Assembly: GCA_002269645.1 (NCBI GenBank)
Contig: NIVC01000349.1
Location: 310,001-374,000 of the forward strand
Reading direction: 5' to 3'
Source of the DNA: Macrostomum lignano
Lineage: Eukaryota
DNA length: 64,000 nt
Below the pieces are notes generated by a model. The model made no database searches and had not been told where the DNA came from. It saw only the letters and a program-made list of their open reading frames with translations. A program made the translations under genes and the position numbers. The stretch's first letter is position 1. Each line of letters begins with the position of its first letter. Positions 1 through 9,643 of the stretch are shown here, one piece after another.

Positions 1-936
1 TTATATTTCCCTTTCTTACCACTTCTTCGTGAACTCTCTAAGTTAAACAGGAGAAGACACTCCAACGAAGGCGTTTTTTTTCCCAAGAGCCCAACTGCTC
101 TGTAGTTCTAAAGGAACCCCAATTTTATCCACTTACCCCCGCTCTAATTATTTCCCCGGGTTGAAACTACTGATAGTAGGGTAAAAGCATATTTAAACCT
201 GCAAAATTTCCCGTACCTAAAATAATGCCCTACTACATTTAAAACAAAAATTAACTCGCGTGATATATTTTTGAAAATACGAGTAGTAAAACAAAATAGA
301 TATCTTAGTTTTTGGCGTGAGTTTAAATTGGCTAAACGGTGATTATTTTTGTAAAGAAATCGGGAGGGGCCCTTTACAGGTACCAAAGTTTGTTATTATT
401 TCAAAAAAAATTTGTTATGTGATCAAAAAGTCAAAAATGAACATATGTAGATTTTGAAATTTGAAGTAACAAATTGATACTGAGTCTAAAAAAGTAAATA
501 TTCAGAAAGAGAATATAAAATTCTATGAAAAAGTATTTATTAATATTAGTTAAAAAAATGTTTCTTTATAAATTTTCTGTTTGAAAGTTTCATTTTCTGT
601 TTTCAACCATTGTTTATAGTGACTTCCACGTGACTCCCATCAAAATTTTATGTAGAACATGATATATACATACTTTTTTATTTTCCTTTAGCGAAATCTC
701 ACGGAAACATGTTTTTCCAAATGTACCCTCAATACATATTTCAGATGGATAAAAGCAAATGGACTTACTTTTCTGTTTTAGTATCCAAAATGGCATATAA
801 ACACAAGGAAACAATGATCTCATTGCTAGATCTTACCACAACTCCAATAATGGTCTCAACCAATGTTTTGGGTAAATGGCAGGAATAAATACCTCGTCAT
901 CTAATTAGTACTCTTTTCCTAATTTAGAGTACTAAT

Positions 937-1545
937 TTAATGGGCATTTAAACTATTAAATTCTTTTGTCCATTGAATAGCGCACAAGCCTGGTTCTACA
1001 AAATGAGCCCCAGTCCACTTTGTATATGAAAAATGTGATGACATGGTAGGTGGTAGCTCCTGTAGAAAATGCAGCTGCAACTTTCTGCCGTAATGTTGAG
1101 ACAGTCTCCGGAAATTTCTGCCAGATTTAGCTGACAAATAATCTTTTTGAGTGCAACATGTGTAAGAAGCTCTAAGTAGCTCATTTGAGCAGAACCCTTC
1201 TGGAAAGGATGGACAGAGGCTTTAACAATAAAGGCAGTAACAACAACATCTCATTGAATTCTTGTTGAAGTGATGAACTTGAGCAGATTTTCAATAAAAC
1301 TGTAGGAATCCAGAATTTTTCTGCACTATGGTCTTGACTTTCTGATTTAAAGATTCGACACAATTCATCATATTATTACTGAGGCATGCGTCTTTGAGGC
1401 CCATAACCCACTGGTTGCGGATTGGATGCCAATTCTTTGTGAAGTAATCCATGAACTTTGCACTTGCAGTTTGCTGGAGTTCAAGCAGTTCTGAATTGTA
1501 CGTCGCCTCATCAGCAGCATATGCCAGGGCCTCAAGAATAATCAA
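937..1545 (-). pseudogene. Mutator/MULE-type transposase remnant with SWIM zinc finger
   Basis: Fragments YFTKNWHPIRNQWV...NCVESLNQKVK (MULE DDE C-terminal region) and CSCIFYRSYHLPCHHIF (SWIM CxCx..CxH) lie in different frames, with stops. Confidence 0.7.
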
Positions 1546-1772
1546 ACTTGTTGTGCAATTCCGGTTTCAAGTGTCGGGGTTATTATTCCCTTTGTTCCCA
1601 TTCTTTGGATTCCTCATTTTCGTGACTCATCCTGTTTTTCGTCTTCTTTGGGCTCTAGTTTCGCTTTGGATCGATAATTTTAGGGGGTCTTTGTACATTA
1701 GCATTGCCCTGGGTGAGTTCTTTCTTTGTATAAAATTTGGGGTTGGTCACGCAATCGGGGACGGCGAGAGGG

Positions 1773-2296
1773 CTAGAATTCGAGGTTGCGCAACAGACTG
1801 AGGGCTGTCAATAGACGCTTTTGATGGCAGTCGCATCTTTGTCTGGCCTGGGTTGGGCGCCTTAGATTGTAGGGGTGGGTGTGCGCGGGCTCGGGATCTC
1901 GCGGGGCAGGAGAGGGGGGAAGGGATTGAGGGGCTTCTTCGTTAGAGGCTTCACTCTCTGAGTCATCGCTTGCTTCTTCTATCTGGGCTTCAGGCAATTC
2001 TTCTTCTATCTCTTCGTGGCTGTCTTCCCTCAGTTGACATCGCCAATTCATTCCTTTTTCATCAGATGATTCGGATTCAGAAATTGTTGTTGGGAAATTC
2101 CGGCGGGAGTGGCTTTCCTTAATTGGGAGTTGTCTCTTGGGCTTAGTTGAGGCGTGAATATTGGAAGAAGTTGGGGCGGAAGTGGGAGTAGAGGCGGAAG
2201 CGGAGTCAGGGGCGGAAGCAGGGGCGGGGTGTCCTGGCTTTCCTTAGGGAAAAGTTCTGTGACGGAATTGGGTATGGGCGTTAAGTTATCTCTATG
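1773..2296 (-). pseudogene. Displaced C-terminal tail of the Gypsy integrase
   Basis: After the Polinton is removed, ...GKEMLV (10329 side) joins HRDNLTPIP... An acidic/Pro-rich tail with HPYNLRRP follows, with one frameshift near 2050. Confidence 0.8.
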
Positions 2297-2302
2297 CACT
2301 AG

Positions 2303-2548
2303 AGTAGTATATAAAAAGACGCTTCTAGACCCAGAGGCACCTATTAAACAGCACATTTGAAGGGCTAGAGGGGGGACACGGGGGGAAATAAAAAAAAACA
2401 CAATTAAACAAAATTAAACATCCCCAATACCCCCAATAACAACAAAAATAAAAAACACCATCAACACTTCCAATCAAATCCCCGTGTCCCCCCTATTAGC
2501 CTTCCAAATCTCCATTTTCAATAGGATCTGATCTAGAAGCGTCTTTTT
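2303..2548 (+). repeat. Left TIR of the Polinton (imperfect hairpin)
   Basis: Reverse complement of 10085-10328 with few mismatches. It begins ...AAAAAGACGCTTCTAGA and ends TCTAGAAGCGTCTTTTT. Confidence 0.95.
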
Positions 2549-2560
2549 CTGTTACTAAAA

Positions 2561-2875
2561 ATGAACCGAGTTTACACCTTTTCTGTTAGTGATACTTTTG
2601 AGACTGTTGCTAAAATTTCAGAGATTATAAAACAGCATATTTTGAATGGAATAATTGATGAAGTTTATTTAAAATATGATGACAAAACAGAACTAAAACT
2701 TTATCCATTAGAGTTGGATGGTTTGTATGATTTAGAACATGAGGGTGAGTTAATATTTCAACTTGGAGATTATTTAAATTCGGATGATTGGGAGGTTCGT
2801 TCAGATGATTCCAACTCAACAAATAGTTCATATGAAACTAGCGATTCGGAGAATGAAAGTGAAATTTTTATGTAA
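2561..2875 (+). CDS. Small acidic Polinton ORF, unknown function (paralog A)
   Basis: Intact 104-aa ATG ORF directly inside the TIR. It shares IDEVY...K(L/I)YPLE(L/I) with the next ORF. Confidence 0.6.
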   Translation: MNRVYTFSVSDTFETVAKISEIIKQHILNGIIDEVYLKYDDKTELKLYPLELDGLYDLEHEGELIFQLGDYLNSDDWEVRSDDSNSTNSSYETSDSENESEIFM

Positions 2876-2878
2876 AAA

Positions 2879-3109
2879 ATGGAATTAGTTAACAGACCCT
2901 ACTTTTCAATAACTGAATCAACCCAAACAATATTCAATGCACTCGATTCAATAAAAAAATTAATAAAGGATAAAACAATCGATGAAGTATATATATTTCC
3001 ATATATAAAGATATATCCACTTGAAATTGGAGAATTAGATTATATTTGGGATAAGGGGGAAGAAATTCTTCTTTTAGCACAATGTTTAAACTGTGAAAAA
3101 TATATTTAA
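2879..3109 (+). CDS. Small Polinton ORF, unknown function (paralog B)
   Basis: 76-aa ATG ORF starting 3 nt after the ORF A stop. It contains IDEVYIFPYIKIYPLEIGEL, similar to ORF A. Confidence 0.6.
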   Translation: MELVNRPYFSITESTQTIFNALDSIKKLIKDKTIDEVYIFPYIKIYPLEIGELDYIWDKGEEILLLAQCLNCEKYI

Positions 3110-3386
3110 AAAAATGAAGGTAAACTATTCCTACATCGGAAACGTACCGGTTAATGAACTTGATGAAAATTTAAGTCTAATTACTGTTGAACAAATGTCA
3201 ATAATTATATTAGTAACAATAATAGTAATAATATTATTTTTGTTTGTTATAAAAATTTACTACCCTGTTGCCTTAAGTAATTGTTCGAACTTAGTTCGCA
3301 GACATTATCTGGTTCTCATAAAACGAACCCAATATTTCTTCACCATCTTTATCAGCAATGATATAGGTTGTAGGATTTGTATTTAA
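3093..3386 (+). CDS. Possible small single-TM protein
   Basis: Hydrophobic run IIILVTIIVIILFLFVIKIYY. The 3' part overlaps the integrase antisense, so the true end is uncertain. Confidence 0.3.
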   Translation: MKNIFKKMKVNYSYIGNVPVNELDENLSLITVEQMSIIILVTIIVIILFLFVIKIYYPVALSNCSNLVRRHYLVLIKRTQYFFTIFISNDIGCRICI

Positions 3387-4891
3387 AACTTTACTGATAG
3401 TAAATTTCTCACTTATCTTCCAATATCCTTTTCTTCCCTTTTCAAACTTATCTTTCCATTTATAGATATAAACAGAATCACAAACTTTAAAAGGTTTAGT
3501 TTTCTTTTTTTTCAAACTCTCCAAAAGTAACTTTAACATTTTCAGGGTTGTTATAAGCTTGTTGAGGAGTCATCTTTATAGTCGAATGATATGAATTATT
3601 ATAATCTTTCACGACGTCTGGTAATATTTTTACCAACTTTTGGTTACCATTCAGACTAAACTAAAACCACAATTTCTTAACTAAAGTTCGATTAAATCTT
3701 TCAATCAGACCGTTTTTGCTTTCTCCATAAATAGAATAAATTTTATTAATATACTCCCCATTTGCGTCTTTTTTTCCTTTCTTGTCCTTTTTCAAAATGA
3801 TATAATTTATACATATGATGATTGTAAAATTCTTTTCCTTCATCAACACATAAACGTTCACTTTTTTCTCCAAGGCTTCTAAAAGCAGAAGCAACTACTT
3901 CTCCTTTTTTGGATTTCAAAGGAACACCCCACGCATATCGAGTAAAACCATCAAGTATGGTTAAGATATATTTATATCCACGATCACTCGGCATTGACAT
4001 TAAATCAGCATACCAAATTTCATTCTTTTTGAAGTTCATGATTTTTCTATAAAATTTAGGCTTTCGGTATTCTTTGTGAAGAACCTTTGCCTCATCAGAA
4101 CTTAACCCACTACCACTTAACAACAAACACTCAACACAATTATTTCCATGTTGGTTGTAATTAATTCCCAAACCAAATTTAACTTTAGACTGCAGGATCT
4201 TTTTAACCATCCACCGAGTTAATCTCTGGCTTACCGACAGCCCTTGTAAATCATCTAATCCTTGAATCATTTTTCGATCGGCTTCATGTTTTAATCTTAA
4301 TGCTTCCTCGGGGGAGTTCTTATCAGCATCTCTGTATGCTAAGTCATGATAATATGCTAACCAATCAATACCATTAATGGGAATTGAATCAGCTTTTGGA
4401 GTGTCATCAGGGTTTAATCGGAGATCGAGTCGAGTCAACCCGGCCTTTATACCTTTGCTTTCACAAAGGAGTAGACTGTGTCTTAAGCTATCATTAGGAT
4501 TGACTAAATCCTTCAAGCCCACCAGCGTACAGTCGTTGCATCTCAACCATACTCAAGTCATACGAGGTTAGGTTTTCGATTCACTCTTGCCCATATATCT
4601 TCAAGCTTGTTACCGTTGGGAAGAGGAGTTACCTCTGTTCCTTTGTAATCTTTCGAAAACAAAGTGGTACTTGAAGCTTTAGGGGATTGAGTGAGCGGCT
4701 GGTGTTGCCACAAATAGTGACTAGCAGTAGGTTTGCTTCTACCACTTGGGCACAGCTCGAGCTCCACCCGTGAATTGATGTGACGGCAGGTGTAACTCAC
4801 CTGTATATTTTCCAGTAGTAAAAACGCTTGGTAAGCTTGTTAATCCTTTTTGAACATCCAAAAATCCACCTTCATACACAAGTTGGTTCAT
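3291..4891 (-). pseudogene. PLA2 (parvovirus VP1u/adintovirus-type)-integrase fusion gene, disrupted
   Basis: ATG at 4891 gives MNQLVYEGGFLDVQK...GELHLPSHQFTG. A ~320-bp insert follows, then RLDLRLNPDDTPKADSIPINGIDWLAYYHDLAY (PLA2 HD), then in frame WYADLM...LTILDGFTRYAWGVPLK...VDEGKEF, NGLIERFNRTL, YNNSYHSTIKMTP and PFKVCDSVYI...KFEKG. There are frameshifts near 3800-3850 and 3500 and a stop at 3661. Confidence 0.88.
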
Positions 4892-4893
4892 TT

Positions 4894-5374
4894 TTAATGT
4901 TTAAAAAACGTTTCTATCAATTTAATAATTTCTATATATTGATCACCATATAAAAAATTTAAAGCAAATTCCCCAGTTAACAAGGTAACACCATTATCAA
5001 ATTCTTTTTGGATTGGGTTTTTAGTAGTATTATTAATGCAAGTATAATATAAATCAAATTCGGGATTAACATATTTAAATTCTAACAACCTTTGAATATT
5101 TCTAAATCTGCTTGAAGAATTATCTGTATTATCAGAAGATTTCAACTCTAACGCAATTTTTCTATCCGTATGAATTAAATCAATTTTATTTACTTTCTCA
5201 AAACCAAAATGTTTAATAGCTAATAATTCATAAAGAGATCCAAGACGCGTCTGAATTGTTTTAATACGATTTGAAATTATTAATTCATCTTGAAATATTT
5301 TTATTTAGTATTCTGTCAGATCCAATCTTTTTATCAATAGGTTTATAAAGACACCCTTTTATTGTTTTATCCAT
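4894..5374 (-). CDS. PD-(D/E)XK nuclease resembling type II restriction endonucleases (Eco47II-like); one homopolymer frameshift
   Basis: ATG at 5374. Removing one base from the run at 5298-5302 gives ~160 aa: ...RIKTIQTRLGSLYELLA...KIDLIHTDRKIALELKSSDNTDNSSSRF...LYYTCIN...VTLLTGEFALNFLYG. The D...ELK catalytic pattern is present. The ORF track shows only the C-terminal half. Confidence 0.6.
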
Positions 5375-5396
5375 TTTTAAAAAAGTAAAAATTTTA

Positions 5397-6038
5397 TTAA
5401 TTAAGTCCTGTATGTCCAGCAGCTTTTGCAGCGGCTAGAACTAGTTTTCTAGGAGTTTTAAATCCTTCACCAACAGCCCGTTTGTTATTTACAGAATCAA
5501 CAATCCTTTTATACAATCTGGTGTTTTTAGCAGATCTTACTCCTAGCTCATCATAAAAATTTTTAGCACTTACTAATTCATCCCTAGTATATAATTCAGG
5601 ATTAAACACTACCCTAGGGTTCATAATAATATTATATGCTCCACCCAATTTTCTATATAGTTCATTCCGATTTTTATTAACCCCACGAATTTGATAATTA
5701 TCATTACCTAAATCAATCACAGCAATACTTCGTGGTGCAGCTCTCTGATATTCTTCAACTCCACCCCGCTCTCCAGCACGAATCTCTGCAACCCTCAATA
5801 GTGCTTGATCAACATCATAAGCAGGTGGCTCATCCTCCACAACATCATCCTCTTTTGGTTCCGTATTCTTAGCAATTTTTTCAAGAAGACCTTTATCAGT
5901 TTTGGTTAATTCGCTAATTTTCCCCGTAATAGGATTAACAAAAGGAGCAGCAAATCGTTCACCAGCTTTTTGAAATCCTAACTCTCGATTAATCAAGTTT
6001 TCCATAAAATCTGAATGTTTTTCAAATGTAAAACGCAA
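5397..6038 (-). CDS. Polinton accessory protein, unknown function
   Basis: Intact ~200-aa ORF packed head-to-tail with the nuclease gene. The C-terminal LVLAAAKAAGHTGL resembles a motif I recall from Polinton/adintovirus accessory proteins (unverified). Confidence 0.5.
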   Translation of the reverse strand: MRFTFEKHSDFMENLINRELGFQKAGERFAAPFVNPITGKISELTKTDKGLLEKIAKNTEPKEDDVVEDEPPAYDVDQALLRVAEIRAGERGGVEEYQRAAPRSIAVIDLGNDNYQIRGVNKNRNELYRKLGGAYNIIMNPRVVFNPELYTRDELVSAKNFYDELGVRSAKNTRLYKRIVDSVNNKRAVGEGFKTPRKLVLAAAKAAGHTGLN

Positions 6039-6666
6039 TAGACAATAATTTCTTGAGTTTTTTTACATGTAAAACTGAATAAATAATGGGAAAATAACTT
6101 ATTGTCGACAAACCACTGGTTGACCGGTTTTTCCATTTGTTCACCTTCTTTTGATACTATGGTAATGATCTCATGTTCCATTGAGATTAACTCTCGAAAC
6201 CTGGGGTCGAGCTGCACCTTTTTACGTATCTGAGTAATAAGTAATCGAATTTATTTCTTGGAAATGCTGCGACATTCTTATCTCATTATCGACCATGTTA
6301 TTTTTTTCGAAGCATGGCACACTAGGGAAAGAAAATCTTCAATTATCAAACCAAAAAGCAAAATAATAAGCAAAATAATGCGGAAAGCAAGCCAATAAGC
6401 AAAATGATAAGCAAAGCAACACAAAATTGTAAGCAAAGTAAAATACGAAGTGCTAAGCAAACCAAAAATTAAAAAAGAAAATATAAGGAGGTCAATGAAA
6501 AAAATTATGAGCAATAAATCAGCCATGAAGTAATTAAGTATTAAGCAACTAAGCAATTAAGCTATTAAGTAAAGAATTGTAAGTGATCTAAATCGATTTT
6601 TTAAGTATGTTTAAGCTTTATCTTGTATTGATTTCTGACGGGAATATTTTTAGAACGAGTTTTATT

Positions 6667-7266
6667 TTAATCGTTCAGCCACTTACAACTCTCCAGAGTT
6701 TCCGCGTCCCTAGGGCCGTAGTCGAATAAAAGTTCACGTCCCTTCGGAACATATTTTGTAGTCTGGAAATATAGGGCCGGTCGAATCACGCCTCCCGGAC
6801 ATTGGACACCGGTGGTGACTACTCGGCAGTTTTTTTTTGTCCGAGAATGATTTAAGAACCTTCCGACGCGATCGGTGTCCGTGGCGTCGATAGCATATTC
6901 CCGGCCATTGAAATCAAAGTTAAATAAAAAAAACGTGTCTTTGTCGGCCTCGGCGAGCTCGACGTAGCGAGTGTCGGATTCCGTCTTGCTAAGAAGCTTA
7001 CCTGCATACTCGCATACGTATGCTCCTCTGGCGAGGGCACACGCAGCAAAAGCTCCGCGGCCTTTGCTCCGGGTAGCACTAACAGTTACTGCTGAGTCAT
7101 CGTTGTTAAGGAGCCGCCGGAGGACTTCTGCTTGTCCTGCTGCCTTTCGGGCACCCTTTAAGCTAGCTCCCCGCGTAGGGCCGCGGATAGTGACGTCGGC
7201 AGGGCCTTCGTCGTCGCCACTGCCACTGCCGACGTCGCCACTGCCGAATGAGGCATCGAGGTCTAC
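6667..7266 (-). CDS. Terminal exon of a SETD8/PR-Set7-like SET-domain histone lysine methyltransferase
   Basis: Manual translation, 199 aa, no stops, after an AG acceptor at 7268-7267: ...SKGRGAFAACALARGAYVCEYAGKLLSKTESDTRYVELAEADKDTFFLFNFDFNGREYAIDATDTDRVGRFLNHSRTKKNC...ALYFQTTKYVPKGRELLFDYGPRDAETLESCKWLND*. The GxG, YxG, RFxNHS and ELxFDY motifs and the SET8-type post-SET DYG...WL end are present. Absent from the ORF track because it has no early start codon. Confidence 0.9.
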   Translation of the reverse strand, partial: VDLDASFGSGDVGSGSGDDEGPADVTIRGPTRGASLKGARKAAGQAEVLRRLLNNDDSAVTVSATRSKGRGAFAACALARGAYVCEYAGKLLSKTESDTRYVELAEADKDTFFLFNFDFNGREYAIDATDTDRVGRFLNHSRTKKNCRVVTTGVQCPGGVIRPALYFQTTKYVPKGRELLFDYGPRDAETLESCKWLND

Positions 7267-7490
7267 CTATATTTTTTCAATTAAAGTATGTATGAGGCTT
7301 GTATGAGCATGTAGAGACTTAAAGTATAACCTCAACTACGAGGTTAAGAGCTTATGGACTTACGATTTAGGACTCAAAATACAAAAGGTATAAAAGAAAA
7401 TAATACGGGTATAAGTAAAAGTACTTTAAAAGTAGTAGATAAAAGACGAAAAATAACAATTAAACCAGACAATAAATATTTATTACATAC

Positions 7491-7960
7491 ATCGAATAAT
7501 GGCCCTCCAGGCAAGGATCCATTAATAACGGACCGACGCGCGTCCGGTGTCTATATTGAGTAGTATTTAGATCGAATGAACATTAATGTACATCTTGCTA
7601 ATTTACATCTATACGATATCGTAGGCCTGTGTAGAATCTGGGGCAAGGTATCATGCTATGCCATGCTATACTATACTACGAGCTCGTAAAATTTGCGCCA
7701 GGGTTTCTATGCTATCTTTCTGCATAGCGTGCTGAATACCGCTTATATAGATCTGCTACAAGTAAGTAAACGTGAATACTAGCAGATACAAAATACTTAC
7801 AGCGGCAGCAGCGGAGCTGGTGGTGGTGGAGGTAGCAGCGGAGGTGGCGGTGGTGGAAGTAGCAGCGGAGGTGGCGGTAGCAGCGGATGTGGCAGTGTAG
7901 GCGGCCGTCATAGTGGCACCGGCAGCACCGGCACCGGCACCTTCAGCTGGCTGGACAGGT
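7491..7960 (-). CDS. Probable upstream small exons of the SET gene (Ala/Thr/Ser-rich exon plus three short exons)
   Basis: A GTAAGT...TTGTAG 45-nt intron lies at 7800-7756. Phase-compatible GT-AG joins give ...SAAAA/QIYISGIQHAMQKDSIETLAQILRAH/STQAYDI/TPDARRSVINGSLPGGPLFD/VDLDASF... The splicing is inferred only. Confidence 0.4.
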
Positions 7961-8636
7961 TATATTTGAGGTTATATAAATATATTTAGCTAAAGTTATC
8001 ATGTAATTTTGATTCATTTGCCCTTAAAAGCATGGAAAACTTACTTGGAAAAAGCGTGTTGGATAATAAAAAGATTATTGGACACTGAACACTAAACGAC
8101 TTGATTGTGCTTATAAACTTTTTTATAAGTTTGTAAATTGACTACTTTTTTTATTTAAAGCTTTCGCAGAAAGACTATGAATGCTTAGTTAAAATATGGA
8201 ATTAAGAATTGGTATCTAAAATTTTACGGCTTTCACTAGGCATTTTTGGGTTTGGAGAACCTTGAACCGATTCTAGGGTCCTGCGTTGGCTTATAATGAG
8301 GACGTGCTGAATTCGCAGCATTTCTTTTAGCCAGGCGTTTTCTGATTCCAAAGCTCGCATCTGCTTTTCTCGATTCTAGTTAAATTATATATTTAAAATA
8401 GGGGAAATCGAGAAAATTACGCATCGTTAAATATTTTTAAACAGCTTATTTTTTTCTCAAAATCAAAAACAATACTTTTAAACGGTTTATTTATTTCTCA
8501 AACTCACAAATCAGATAAAATCAGAAAGAATATAATAAAAAGAAAGAAAAGTTTTTCAAATAAGATAATGCCTGAACCTGAATTATTTGCACAAATAAAT
8601 TGTCTTAAAGAAATAATATTATAATTATTATGTAAT

Positions 8637-8930
8637 TCATCGACGCTTCCGCCTGGCTGCTCGCTTCTTGGCGGCGTACATATTCTTAAATTTAGGCTCA
8701 TACTTTGAGCTATAATAAAATGCCACACATTGTGCAATAGTCTTGCTATGGATGGCGGCGGCGATCTTCGAAAACTCTTTGCCGAATTTTTTAAACGCCC
8801 GTAAAAACTGGCCCTTCTCGTCTTCTGTCCAATTTGCGAATTCGCTTGAAGCGTACTGAATCCTGCGCGCCAGATCACTTTGCGCAGAATTCAGTAAATT
8901 AAAGTGCGTTCTACACGCAAGCGTCTTCAA
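8637..8930 (-). CDS. SANT/Myb-like domain exon (ELM2-SANT/NCoR/CoREST corepressor type)
   Basis: WTEDEKGQFLRAFKKFGKEFSKIAAAIHSKTIAQCVAFYYSSK matches the TRERF1/MIDEAS/MIER-type SANT pattern. It is preceded by a TTTCATTTAG acceptor and followed by the basic tract KKRAARRKRR. Confidence 0.8.
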   Translation of the reverse strand: MKTLACRTHFNLLNSAQSDLARRIQYASSEFANWTEDEKGQFLRAFKKFGKEFSKIAAAIHSKTIAQCVAFYYSSKYEPKFKNMYAAKKRAARRKRR

Positions 8931-9046
8931 ATCCTAAATGAAACAAAATTGAACATTAAATGCACGAACCAATACGGAAAAGAAACCAATATAAGAAACC
9001 AATTTTAAGATCAAGATCAAGTTACAAGTTCTTGCCCTTGAAAATC

Positions 9047-9643
9047 TTAATGATCGCCATTATAAGTCATTATCGTGCCCATTGTGTACGTAGAAAAAAT
9101 AAGTCCGGGAAAATCGAGGCAGAGTTGATAGTACTTATTGAATTGTTCTACTTTCCAAGTAGTAATAGTAAATTTGGCGGCTATGTCTGCATCTCGCATA
9201 GCAAACTTCGAACTTAGATAGTAAATGAGCCGCCCCTGCTCAAACTGCATCATCGCCTCAGCTACTGTAATGTTCTCTATAGAGCTCACCAATCGTTGAA
9301 ACCGCTCGATCAGGCCGTTTTGGTCGATGCCATCCAATTGGTTCGCAACAAGACCTAAGCCGTTGGTGATAGATTCCATGCAGATGCGAATGCCTCTCTC
9401 AGTTTCCTCCAGCTTCCAAATGATCCTCTCGAGTACATTATCGCGACTAGTCTTCTCATTCTTACTGGTTGCCACAACTTTCCTTTGTGGTACTCCGTCT
9501 AACTTTTCAAGACTTGTTTGGAAAGCCTTCAACTCCTCAGCGGAGAAATCTTTAAACCTAACACCAAGCAAAGATCGTTCTTTCTTGGACATGGAAGCCA
9601 CCATCTCAACTATCGTTGAAATTTGCACCTTTTTAGATGACAT
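9047..9643 (-). CDS. Orphan 198-aa helical protein in the Polinton right arm
   Basis: Intact ATG ORF with a natural amino-acid composition. No family is recognised. Confidence 0.55.
   Translation of the reverse strand: MSSKKVQISTIVEMVASMSKKERSLLGVRFKDFSAEELKAFQTSLEKLDGVPQRKVVATSKNEKTSRDNVLERIIWKLEETERGIRICMESITNGLGLVANQLDGIDQNGLIERFQRLVSSIENITVAEAMMQFEQGRLIYYLSSKFAMRDADIAAKFTITTWKVEQFNKYYQLCLDFPGLIFSTYTMGTIMTYNGDH

Noticed and set aside
6278-6556. 92-aa hydrophobic ORF in the Polinton
   Set aside because: It is the antisense of a TAAGCAAA-rich repetitive spacer; the hydrophobicity follows from base composition.
6852-7306. ORF-track calls 6852..7079 (-) and 6971..7306 (+)
   Set aside because: These are alternative frames overlapping the real SET exon.
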